Part shown: positions 1 to 7,945 of the stretch, one piece after another
Numbering within the stretch: position 1 is the first letter of the stretch
Layout: each line of letters starts with the position of its first letter
From: a virus
DNA: 46,183 bases
Direction: 5' to 3' (one strand)
Virus record (IMG/VR): IMGVR_UViG_3300031673_000102
Translations under genes and position numbers: made by a program
The notes under the pieces: model-generated
Database searches by the model: none
Told to the model about the DNA's origin: nothing
What the model saw: only the letters and a program-made list of their open reading frames with translations

Positions 1-127
1 CCTAAGATAACTAGAAGTCCTGATGCGCCTGGCTGGAGCCAGGCAGACACCGCTAAGTTAGTGAAGAAAGATCCCTCAACCGTGGCTAAGGATCTTCAAC
101 TAGCCGAGGCCATCGAAAGATTTCCTG
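1..127. repeat. Terminal exact duplicate of 46057-46183 (circular assembly overlap)
   Basis: Read base by base: 1-127 (cctaagataactag...gaaagatttcctg) is identical to the last 127 nt of the window. Confidence 0.95.
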
Positions 128-951
128 AACTCCAACTAGACAAGTGTAAGAATAAGGCTGATGCTTTTAAGCGCCTTAAGAATGTAACCAAAACTCTAAA
201 CAATTCAGCCCAAGCTTCCGCATATACCAAGAGTGCCGGGGCCAATGATAAAGTATTCAAGAGACTCTCTTCTTCCTACATCATTGGAGATTGTCTTGAG
301 ACCTTTAAGAAGATTCCTAACAACACACTAGACTTCATTGAGATTGACCCTCCGTATGCAATCGACCTACAGAAGGTTAAGAAAGATAACGAGTGTATGG
401 GATACAACGAGATAGACAAGATGGAATATGCTTCCTTTATGTCTAAAGTATTCCAAGAATCCTATCGAGTACTCCGTGAGGGGTCATGGCTAGTGTGTTG
501 GTTCGCTGCTGATCCTTGGTTTCAGGAGATTGCATCTCTGATGCAGGGTGTGGGATTTAAGATGAATCTAATCCCTGGGATTTGGGCCAAGCCTAATGGT
601 CAAACTGCTCAGCCCGAAACCTTTCTAGGTAATGCTTATGAGATGTTCTTTTATGCTCGTAAGGGGCAGGCTAAGTTACAGAGACCAGGACGCTCCAATA
701 TCTTCCAGCACAATCCAGTGCCCCATACCAAGAAGTATCATCCAACTCAGCGTCCCATTGAGTTGATGCAAGATGTATATACCACATTCGCTAAGCCTGG
801 AACTAATGGGTTTATTCCTTTCTTAGGAAGTGGAGTGGGTCTTATAGTTGGGCATAACAACTCTATCAACATGATAGGTACAGACTTAACTCAACAATTC
901 AAAGATGGTTACATTCTTCAACTTAAAGAAATGTTAGGAGCGACAGAATGA
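1..951 (+). CDS. DNA methyltransferase (beta-class N6A/N4C type), C-terminal part of the ParB-domain fusion that starts at 45676; 5' partial in this window
   Basis: Frame 1 is open from base 1 (PKITRSPDAPGWSQADTAKLVKK...). Contains IEIDPPYA (motif IV DPPY), HPTQRP and FLGSGVG (motif I) after motif IV. Stop at 949-951. Confidence 0.85.
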   Translation, partial: PKITRSPDAPGWSQADTAKLVKKDPSTVAKDLQLAEAIERFPELQLDKCKNKADAFKRLKNVTKTLNNSAQASAYTKSAGANDKVFKRLSSSYIIGDCLETFKKIPNNTLDFIEIDPPYAIDLQKVKKDNECMGYNEIDKMEYASFMSKVFQESYRVLREGSWLVCWFAADPWFQEIASLMQGVGFKMNLIPGIWAKPNGQTAQPETFLGNAYEMFFYARKGQAKLQRPGRSNIFQHNPVPHTKKYHPTQRPIELMQDVYTTFAKPGTNGFIPFLGSGVGLIVGHNNSINMIGTDLTQQFKDGYILQLKEMLGATE

Positions 952-1547
952 TACTCTTCTTCGATACTGAAACAACCGGCCTACCTAATGGAAAGCTTCC
1001 CTTCAATCACCCTAATCAACCAGCTCTTCTCCAACTTGGAGCAGTCCTCACTGATGATAAGGGAGAAGTAATTGAAGAGTATGCCACTCTGGTAAAGATA
1101 GGTTCTAAACCCATCCATCCTATGGCTCTAGCTGCACATGGAATCTCCAGTGAGAAGGCAAACTCTGAAGGTATCCATCCTATGGAAGCTCTCACTAAAT
1201 TCCACTCTATGTCCCAAGATGCTGAGTTCTTTGTCTGTCATAACTTTGACTTTGACTATAAGTTGATTCAAATCTTGGCACATTCTCTCACTCAAACCCA
1301 TGGAGATGAACCTACTCTCATTCTTGATGAGATCAATGAACTCCCTTACAAATGCACCATGAAGAGTACCATTCAGTTTTGCGCCCTACCTTTCCCGTCC
1401 GGTAGGAAGGGTTGTAAGTTTCCAAAGCTTGAAGAACTTCATCGAATCTTATTTAATGAAGAATTCTCTGGTGCTCATGATGCTCTAGCTGATGTACTCG
1501 CAACTAAACGTTGTTACTTTGAACTTGCTAAGAGGGGGATACTCTAA
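948..1547 (+). CDS. DnaQ-like DEDDh 3'-5' exonuclease
   Basis: FFDTETTGL (Exo I), HNFDFDYKL (Exo II), GAHDALADV (Exo III with His). ATGA overlap with the upstream gene. Confidence 0.8.
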   Translation: MILFFDTETTGLPNGKLPFNHPNQPALLQLGAVLTDDKGEVIEEYATLVKIGSKPIHPMALAAHGISSEKANSEGIHPMEALTKFHSMSQDAEFFVCHNFDFDYKLIQILAHSLTQTHGDEPTLILDEINELPYKCTMKSTIQFCALPFPSGRKGCKFPKLEELHRILFNEEFSGAHDALADVLATKRCYFELAKRGIL

Positions 1548-2137
1548 TGGATGCTATGCAAAAGCCTACACATTACACAACTACAGAAAGCGGATTCTGG
1601 GAGCCTTGGCCTTTTGGATACCTAAATACTAATGATATTACAACACATATTAAAGACTTAGTAGATCTTACAAAACTTCCAATCTATGCAGTTAAATTTA
1701 AAGATGATACTATCTTTGAGATGCCCATTGAAAGTACATCCTTTTTAACTTCAGAAGATGTAGAGAGTCTGAAGAATGCAATAAGGCCTGGTAAGGTTAT
1801 AGAAATTGATGCAACTACTCTTCCTGAATATCCTATAAAAAAGATTATTAAAAAGAAACTAGGAGACTCTCTCAACGAAGCCCACTCTATCATCAATGGT
1901 GAGCGTCAGGATTCTTATGGAAATCCTGAGGATTCCTTCTCATTAATTGCTCAGTATTGGAACGCTTATTTTTCTGAGGGTAATATGGATTTAAAGAAAC
2001 TAACTGCACTCGACGTAGCCCACATGATGATGCTATTCAAGCTCGCTCGATGTTCAGGCCAACAGTCTAAGCGTGACAACTACATCGACATCCAGGGGTA
2101 TGCCGCTATTGCTGCGGATAGATTAGTGAAGGAGTAA
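1547..2137 (+). CDS. Conserved phage protein, C-terminal DUF6378-like region
   Basis: The C-terminal pattern SYGNPEDSFSLIAQYW...LDVAHMMMLFKLARC...KRDNYIDIQGYAAIA matches my memory of a phage family of unknown function. TAATG start overlap. Confidence 0.45.
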   Translation: MDAMQKPTHYTTTESGFWEPWPFGYLNTNDITTHIKDLVDLTKLPIYAVKFKDDTIFEMPIESTSFLTSEDVESLKNAIRPGKVIEIDATTLPEYPIKKIIKKKLGDSLNEAHSIINGERQDSYGNPEDSFSLIAQYWNAYFSEGNMDLKKLTALDVAHMMMLFKLARCSGQQSKRDNYIDIQGYAAIAADRLVKE

Positions 2138-2140
2138 GAT

Positions 2141-2347
2141 ATGAAGATTCTAGAAGATGGATTCTATGCTTTAACCATTCTCATAATTTTAATTCTTATG
2201 ACAATCTCTCATGTAGAACAAGACAAGAGACTCGATATTCTTGAACAGTCAAGACTTGAACAGGTTGAGAAAGAGAAACTGGTAGTAGGCTACTGGACTT
2301 GGAATCCTCAGTACTGCCAATATTTCTATGGAGCCAAAGATGAATAG
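2141..2347 (+). CDS. Small membrane protein, hypothetical
   Basis: Hydrophobic stretch FYALTILIILILMTI. Tightly packed after the upstream gene. Confidence 0.5.
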   Translation: MKILEDGFYALTILIILILMTISHVEQDKRLDILEQSRLEQVEKEKLVVGYWTWNPQYCQYFYGAKDE

Positions 2348-2444
2348 TATAACTTACACCTGCCCTAGATGTGGCCATGTACACTCAATGTCACGATGCC
2401 CTAAGTGTGGGTATTGTGCAACTTGTGATTATAAGGAGAATTGA
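2340..2444 (+). CDS. 34-aa zinc-ribbon peptide (not in the ORF track, under 60 aa)
   Basis: ATG at 2340 preceded by GGAG. Translates MNSITYTCPRCGHVHSMSRCPKCGYCATCDYKEN. It fills the gap before thyX, with its stop 1 nt before the thyX ATG. Confidence 0.45.
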   Translation: MNSITYTCPRCGHVHSMSRCPKCGYCATCDYKEN

Positions 2445-2445
2445 G

Positions 2446-3297
2446 ATGAAGATTATCAAACCATCTGTAGAGTTTTTTGGCGCCGTACCGACAGACTATG
2501 CTGGGGCACTGGCTTTCATTGAGAAGGCCGGGAGGACTTGCTACAAGTCTGAGGACAAGATCACTGCCGACAGTGCCGAGGGGTTTGTCAAGCGCTTGAT
2601 TAAGGCTAGGCATCTGGCCATGGTGGAGCACAGTAATTTTGTGGTGCGCATCCCGCTAGGTACTGGGGCCTCCGAACGGATACAGTCTGCCGACAAATAC
2701 TTGAACGTGTTTAATGATGAAGACTACGGCTATATCGGTGGGAGCTTAACCGCGTGGGTACAAACTCCATACCTAGCTGCAAAGGGAATGTTATTGTTCC
2801 GAGGGGTATACGGAGAGTTGTTTGGTCTGAATGTCGTTGATGGGAAAACTGACTGGCAAGTCTGCCCCCACAACGAAATCCCCAAAGCCCTCCACCGCTA
2901 CTCGGCCAAGTTCATCTGCGACCGGGGAGTCAGCCACGAACTTGTCCGGCACCGGCCTTGCAGTTTCGCTCAGGAGTCCACCCGCTATGTCAACTACGGC
3001 GGCAAGGACATGGAGTTCATTGAGCCTGCTGGGTTTGAGGAGTGGAGTCCTGGCAACCAGCAGAAGTTTGCAAATGCCTGTGGGCGATCTGAGGAGCTGT
3101 ACAAGGCAATGCTTTATGGTGGACTATCCCCCCAACAGGCTCGGGCTGTGCTGCCGAACTCCCTCAAAACCGAGATCATCATCACTGCCGATGCCGCTGA
3201 GTGGGCGCACATCAAGAAGTTGAGAACACATCCATCTGCCCATCCTGACATGGTGCGGATTATGAACATGATGCCTTGGAATGATTTCCTGTGTTGA
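2446..3297 (+). CDS. thyX: Flavin-dependent thymidylate synthase ThyX
   Basis: ThyX signature RHRPCSFAQESTRY (RHRxxSxxxxSxRY). ATG 2446 is preceded by AAGGAG. The track ORF start at 2371 is probably too far upstream. Confidence 0.9.
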   Translation: MKIIKPSVEFFGAVPTDYAGALAFIEKAGRTCYKSEDKITADSAEGFVKRLIKARHLAMVEHSNFVVRIPLGTGASERIQSADKYLNVFNDEDYGYIGGSLTAWVQTPYLAAKGMLLFRGVYGELFGLNVVDGKTDWQVCPHNEIPKALHRYSAKFICDRGVSHELVRHRPCSFAQESTRYVNYGGKDMEFIEPAGFEEWSPGNQQKFANACGRSEELYKAMLYGGLSPQQARAVLPNSLKTEIIITADAAEWAHIKKLRTHPSAHPDMVRIMNMMPWNDFLC

Positions 3298-3312
3298 TTA
3301 AATCCACATAGC
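3288..3312 (+). promoter_or_regulatory. 25-bp dyad motif copy 1: CCTGTGTTGATTAAATCCACATAGC
   Basis: Invariant GATTAAATC core. Overlaps the thyX stop codon and ends 15 nt before ATG 3328. Confidence 0.7.
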
Positions 3313-3327
3313 AATATGGAGACATAT

Positions 3328-3504
3328 ATGAAACGTATAGAAATTAAAAAAGAAATACGAATAGTATTAGAACTTACTGAAATAGAGGCTAATACACTTA
3401 AAGGGTTAATTCAAAATCCTATAACAAATAATGAGGAAGAGTGTATATCTAAATTTCGTTCAGAATTATTTAACTTATTAGATATTGAAGCCTGGGATAG
3501 GTAA
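3328..3504 (+). CDS. Hypothetical protein
   Basis: ATG 3328 follows GGAGA (3318-3322). The alternative ATG 3316 has no SD. Confidence 0.5.
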   Translation: MKRIEIKKEIRIVLELTEIEANTLKGLIQNPITNNEEECISKFRSELFNLLDIEAWDR

Positions 3505-3509
3505 ACAAG

Positions 3510-3695
3510 ATGAAATCATTAAAAAGAAAAGAGTTTGAAAAAGCTAAATGGATTCCAGATCGTCTTGGCTATCCTATAAATCCAAAGGCTGATCTTAAAT
3601 GTAAAGAATGTGGCGGACACGGAATAGTTGATGTAGGTTATACTGGATGCTCATTAGAAAATTGTCCCTCATGTCATATAAAGGATACTGTATGA
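3510..3695 (+). CDS. Small zinc-finger protein (DnaJ-type CxxCxGxG-like)
   Basis: CKECGGHG ... CPSCH. ATGA overlap with the polymerase start. Confidence 0.55.
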   Translation: MKSLKRKEFEKAKWIPDRLGYPINPKADLKCKECGGHGIVDVGYTGCSLENCPSCHIKDTV

Positions 3696-6229
3696 TACCC
3701 AAAGCAACATACGTCCCATCTTCGGGCGACAAACTAACTGCCAAGTACATCGTGATAGGCGAGCAACCTGGTCGATCTGAAGTAATGAAAGGTCGTCCAT
3801 TCTGTGGACTATCAGGCTTGGAGCTTGATGATAATCTTCACAAGGCAGGGATCACTAGGAGTGAGTGTTACTTTACTAATGTCATTAAAGATATAGACCG
3901 CCCTATTGCTCACTACATAGAGTTCACGAAGAAAGGTCCGGTAATCCATCCTGAAGGGCAGGAGTATATCAACCAACTGGCCGCTGAAATCAACTCATGT
4001 TCAGCTAAGGTAATCATAACCCTGGGAAATATACCTCTCTTTGCACTCACCGATAGGTGGGGTATTAACCGCTGGCGTAGTTCCATTCTCCGCTCCAATC
4101 TAATTGGTGGAGATAAGATAGTAATCCCTGCACTTCACCCAGATACTATCACTTACAAGTATGTCTACAAGAACAAACGTCTTCTGATCATGGATCTTAA
4201 ACGGGCTAAGAAGATCCAAGAGAATGGGCACATTCCTACCCCTCGTCAGATAACAATACGTCCTACCTTCTCACAATCTATGCAGTTCCTCACAGCCTGT
4301 GAGCAGTATGGTCTGATGGGGAATCCCATCTCATACGACATTGAAGTAGATGTATTCAACGGAGAAATGACCTGTATCTCCTTTGCCTACGATGCTGAGA
4401 ATATCATCAGCATTCCTTTCACATGTGAACATGGAGATTACTTTACCATTGATCAAGAGATAACCATTCTCCTTAAGATAGCCAGTCTACTAGAAAATGC
4501 TGAGATAGAAAAGTGTGGGCAAAATCTCTGCTTTGATTCCCACTATATGCTTCGTAAGTATGGGATCAAGGTAAGGAATATGCACGACACTATGATAGCT
4601 CAGAAGACCCTCCTCCCTGACTATGCTGTAGGTCTGCATTTCATCTGCTCTCTTTATACTGACATCCCATACTACAAGGATGATGGTAAGTATTGGCTGA
4701 AGGGAATAGGAAACTTTGAGAGTGGTTGGAGATACAATGCTCTTGACTCAGCAGTCTGTGCTGAAGCCCTGCCTAAGCAACTCCAAGATCTGATCCGTCA
4801 GCAGAACTACTATGCTTATGAGCGTAAGTGTAAAACTATCCCTGCCTACGTCTACATTATGGAGAAGGGAATTCGAATAAACGTAGCCTCCATGACTCAG
4901 GCTTACAATGAGATGGGCCATGAGATGGAGGATACTCTAAAGGAACTTCACAAGGTTTGTAAGTTTGACATCAATCCCAACTCACCTAAACAGGTAGCTA
5001 GTTATTTCTATAAACAGAAAGGCTTACCAGCATATAAGAATAAAACCGGAGGAGACACTACAGATGAGAAAGCACTTAAGAGGATTGCAAGAAAAGGTTA
5101 TGGAGAAGCTTCACTCATCCTTAGACTCCGGGGACTTTCAAAAGAGCGAAGCACTTTCCTCGACCCTGCTAAAGTTGATGTAGACGGAAGAATGCGGTGC
5201 TCATATAATCCCGTCGGAACCAGATTCTCCAGAGTTTCTTCCTCTGAAAACATATTTGGAACAGGAAATAACTTGCAAAATCAACCTCACAGAGTCCTCA
5301 CCCATTTCTTAGCAGACCCTTGGCATATCTTTTATGGGCTGGACTTAAGTCAAGCTGAGAATAGATTGGTCGCCTACATCGGCCGCATCACTCAGATGAT
5401 TGAAGCCTTTGAAAGAGGTGAGGATATTCACGGACTGACTGCCAGAATTATGATGAACATCTTCTTCAATGGTAAGTCTGATCACTTAACTGTGAAGGAC
5501 TTAGCCCCTATTGGCGATGGTAAGAAGACATGGCGTGACTGGGGAAAGAAAGCCAATCATGGTCTTAACTATGACCTCGGCTTTAAGACCTTCTCCTTGT
5601 ATAATGAGATCCCTGAACGTGATGGTAAGATGATTGTTGACATCTATCACAAAGCATATCCTGGGGTGCGAAGTGGCTTTCATGCTTACATCAAACAATG
5701 CATCAACAAGAATAGAACCTTAACTAATTACATGGGTCGTAAGACTCTCTTTACTGATCGCCTTGACGACGCACTCTATAAGGATGGCTATGCTTGCATA
5801 CCTCAAGGAACAGTTGGAGATGTGATTGATCAGAGGGGAATCAACTATGTATATTATAATACTAACCCACTCTTTAAATATGTTCAACTATTAATTCAGG
5901 TACATGATCAGATAGGATTTCAAATCCCATCTCCTCTGCATCCTGAAACTCCAGTGAGTTGGGAAGATCACTCAAGGATTCTGACCATGGTTAAGCAGAG
6001 TCTTGAGACACCACTCTATACTCACTATGGACAGCGGTTTATAATCCCTGCTGATGTAACTATGGGAGTTTGTCTTAATAAAGAATTAACTTTTGAAAAT
6101 CTGCGAAAGAAATATCCTTCAAATATGGCAGCAAATATGACAAAGGCTAAGGATCTTAAATCTATTGATCCTCAATCTATTGAACAATCTTACTATGAGG
6201 TAACACAAGGATGGCTACCGACGGTATGA
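3692..6229 (+). CDS. Family A DNA polymerase with N-terminal family-4 UDG-like domain and 3'-5' exonuclease domain
   Basis: UDG-like: GEQPG...RPFCGLSG and ALHPD. Exonuclease: YDIEVD, NLCFDSHY, YNALDS. Polymerase: LDLSQAENRL (motif A), KKANHGLNYDLG (motif B), VHDQ (motif C). Start moved to ATG 3692 (ATGA overlap, AAGGA upstream). Confidence 0.9.
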   Translation: MIPKATYVPSSGDKLTAKYIVIGEQPGRSEVMKGRPFCGLSGLELDDNLHKAGITRSECYFTNVIKDIDRPIAHYIEFTKKGPVIHPEGQEYINQLAAEINSCSAKVIITLGNIPLFALTDRWGINRWRSSILRSNLIGGDKIVIPALHPDTITYKYVYKNKRLLIMDLKRAKKIQENGHIPTPRQITIRPTFSQSMQFLTACEQYGLMGNPISYDIEVDVFNGEMTCISFAYDAENIISIPFTCEHGDYFTIDQEITILLKIASLLENAEIEKCGQNLCFDSHYMLRKYGIKVRNMHDTMIAQKTLLPDYAVGLHFICSLYTDIPYYKDDGKYWLKGIGNFESGWRYNALDSAVCAEALPKQLQDLIRQQNYYAYERKCKTIPAYVYIMEKGIRINVASMTQAYNEMGHEMEDTLKELHKVCKFDINPNSPKQVASYFYKQKGLPAYKNKTGGDTTDEKALKRIARKGYGEASLILRLRGLSKERSTFLDPAKVDVDGRMRCSYNPVGTRFSRVSSSENIFGTGNNLQNQPHRVLTHFLADPWHIFYGLDLSQAENRLVAYIGRITQMIEAFERGEDIHGLTARIMMNIFFNGKSDHLTVKDLAPIGDGKKTWRDWGKKANHGLNYDLGFKTFSLYNEIPERDGKMIVDIYHKAYPGVRSGFHAYIKQCINKNRTLTNYMGRKTLFTDRLDDALYKDGYACIPQGTVGDVIDQRGINYVYYNTNPLFKYVQLLIQVHDQIGFQIPSPLHPETPVSWEDHSRILTMVKQSLETPLYTHYGQRFIIPADVTMGVCLNKELTFENLRKKYPSNMAANMTKAKDLKSIDPQSIEQSYYEVTQGWLPTV

Positions 6230-6417
6230 CACAGTGCATAAAATGTAAAAGGCCTATAAAAGATATAGCTATTAGAGATGCACTAGTAACTTTAGGATGG
6301 ACTCCTCCTAAAGAGAAAGAAATACCTAAATGTTGTGTATGTGGCACTACTGAAAATTTACGTAAGGATGGATGGTATGGTTATAGATGTAGTTCTCCAG
6401 ACTGTATATGTTTTTAG
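6211..6417 (+). CDS. Small zinc-ribbon protein
   Basis: CIKC ... CCVC ... C..C. The alternative start ATG 6226 gives an ATGA overlap with the polymerase stop. Confidence 0.55.
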   Translation: MATDGMTQCIKCKRPIKDIAIRDALVTLGWTPPKEKEIPKCCVCGTTENLRKDGWYGYRCSSPDCICF

Positions 6418-6428
6418 GAGGGTAGAGA

Positions 6429-7631
6429 ATGCCTCGTAGACTTGCCGACTGGCTGGACTCTTACATGGAGTTCACTGATCAAAGTGAACCTCCAGAACTC
6501 TTTCATATATGGACAGCTATCTCCACAGTCGCTGCTGTTCTCCAAAGGAAATGTGTAATTAACTGGGGGCCTATCCGCTTCTTCCCCAATATGTATGTAG
6601 TGCTATGTGCCCCTCCTGGTAAGGCTCGTAAGGGTACAGCCATGGCTTATGGTTCCACATTCCTTTCTCGCATTGGAGTGAAGGTAGCTGCGGAATCTAT
6701 AACCAGGGAGGCTCTAGTCCGTGAGATAATGGAAGCTGCAACTACTGAGATTAATGATGAGACTGGAGAGCTTACTTTCCATTCTTCACTTACCATTTTC
6801 TCTCAGGAGTTAACAGTATTTCTTGGCTATAATCAGCAGCAACTGATGATGGATCTTACTGACTGGTTCGATTGTGGGAGAGGGCCAGAAGGAAAGTGGA
6901 CTTACCGTACCAAGCATCAAGGTACTGATGACATCACCGGGATTTGGATTAACCTGATTGGGGCCACAACTCCTGGCCTACTTAGATCAACCCTTAGTAT
7001 GGATGCTATCGGCGGTGGATTAACTTCACGAATTATCTTCGTGTATCAAGAGGAGAAAGGAAAGTCTTGCCCAGTTCTCTTTCAAACTCCGGAGATAATT
7101 AAACTTGGTGAGGATCTCTATTCCGACCTTGAGCAAATCTATTTACTCAAGGGACAGTTCAAACCATCCTCAGACTTCATTGACTTATGGGTTGAGTGGT
7201 ATGTTAAGCAAGAGGGTAGAACTGTATTCAACACCCCTCATCTTGAAGCCTACTGTGAACGCCGCCCAGTTCATGTAATGAAACTATCCATGATCCTAAA
7301 CGCTTGTCGCACAGATAGCATGGTGATTACATCTGTGGATCTTCAGAGGGCTATCAGCCTATTGGAAAAAACTGAATGCCACATGCCTAAGGTCTTCTCA
7401 GGTATAGGTAAATCTCAACATGCTGAAGTACTCAGCAAGATAATGAATGAGATTGGTTTGACTGGTACAATCTCACTCAGAGAACTTCAGAACAAATTCA
7501 AGTACGATGCCGATGCTAGAGTCCTAGATCTTATTGTTCAAACTCTGAAGAGCATGGGCTTTATCTCCACAAGAGATACAGAGAGTGACACAATCCTTAT
7601 ACATAATACTAAGGGAGGTGTCCAGTCATGA
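6429..7631 (+). CDS. DUF3987-like P-loop ATPase (putative replicative helicase or initiator)
   Basis: N-terminal pattern ELFHIWTAISTVAAVL... followed by VVLCAPPGKARKGTA (Walker-A-like). Sits beside the polymerase. GGAGG upstream. Confidence 0.5.
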   Translation: MPRRLADWLDSYMEFTDQSEPPELFHIWTAISTVAAVLQRKCVINWGPIRFFPNMYVVLCAPPGKARKGTAMAYGSTFLSRIGVKVAAESITREALVREIMEAATTEINDETGELTFHSSLTIFSQELTVFLGYNQQQLMMDLTDWFDCGRGPEGKWTYRTKHQGTDDITGIWINLIGATTPGLLRSTLSMDAIGGGLTSRIIFVYQEEKGKSCPVLFQTPEIIKLGEDLYSDLEQIYLLKGQFKPSSDFIDLWVEWYVKQEGRTVFNTPHLEAYCERRPVHVMKLSMILNACRTDSMVITSVDLQRAISLLEKTECHMPKVFSGIGKSQHAEVLSKIMNEIGLTGTISLRELQNKFKYDADARVLDLIVQTLKSMGFISTRDTESDTILIHNTKGGVQS

Positions 7632-7945
7632 AAGCCCTAGTGGATATGCTTCACTTACTTCTCTGTCAGATGCCTCATATCTATGACATTATGAAGATTG
7701 TTCATAGGGAAGAAGGTAACTGTTACTACTATCTGGAAAATGATATAGCACATGGTGATACCCTTCCAGACCACTTGAAGTGGCGTAAGGTAGTAGAAAA
7801 CTTTAAAGCCTCCACCGGAATGGTTACCGATAAGGAGGCTCTAGAGTTTATTAAAAGAAGTATAGAATGTACTCAAAATATTAAAAGGTTAGTAGGTACT
7901 AATGAAGCTAAAGTAAATTTCATTCGTACTCTTATAGACCTTTAG
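7628..7945 (+). CDS. Hypothetical protein (last gene of the plus-strand arm)
   Basis: ATGA overlap with the upstream gene and GGAGG SD. Its 3' end overlaps the convergent 1511-aa gene by 14 nt. Confidence 0.55.
   Translation: MKALVDMLHLLLCQMPHIYDIMKIVHREEGNCYYYLENDIAHGDTLPDHLKWRKVVENFKASTGMVTDKEALEFIKRSIECTQNIKRLVGTNEAKVNFIRTLIDL

Noticed and set aside
1-127. The 127-nt repeat as a biological direct terminal repeat
   Set aside because: An exact length of 127 nt matches a common assembler k-mer, and the repeat interrupts a gene in phase. An assembly overlap of a circular or permuted genome is more parsimonious. Only read-terminus analysis can settle this.
2831-3223. 130-aa alternate-frame ORF inside thyX
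   Set aside because: An artefact of the G+C-rich thyX island: Ser/Pro/Arg/Thr-rich, no SD. The thyX frame carries the diagnostic RHR...S...SxRY motif.
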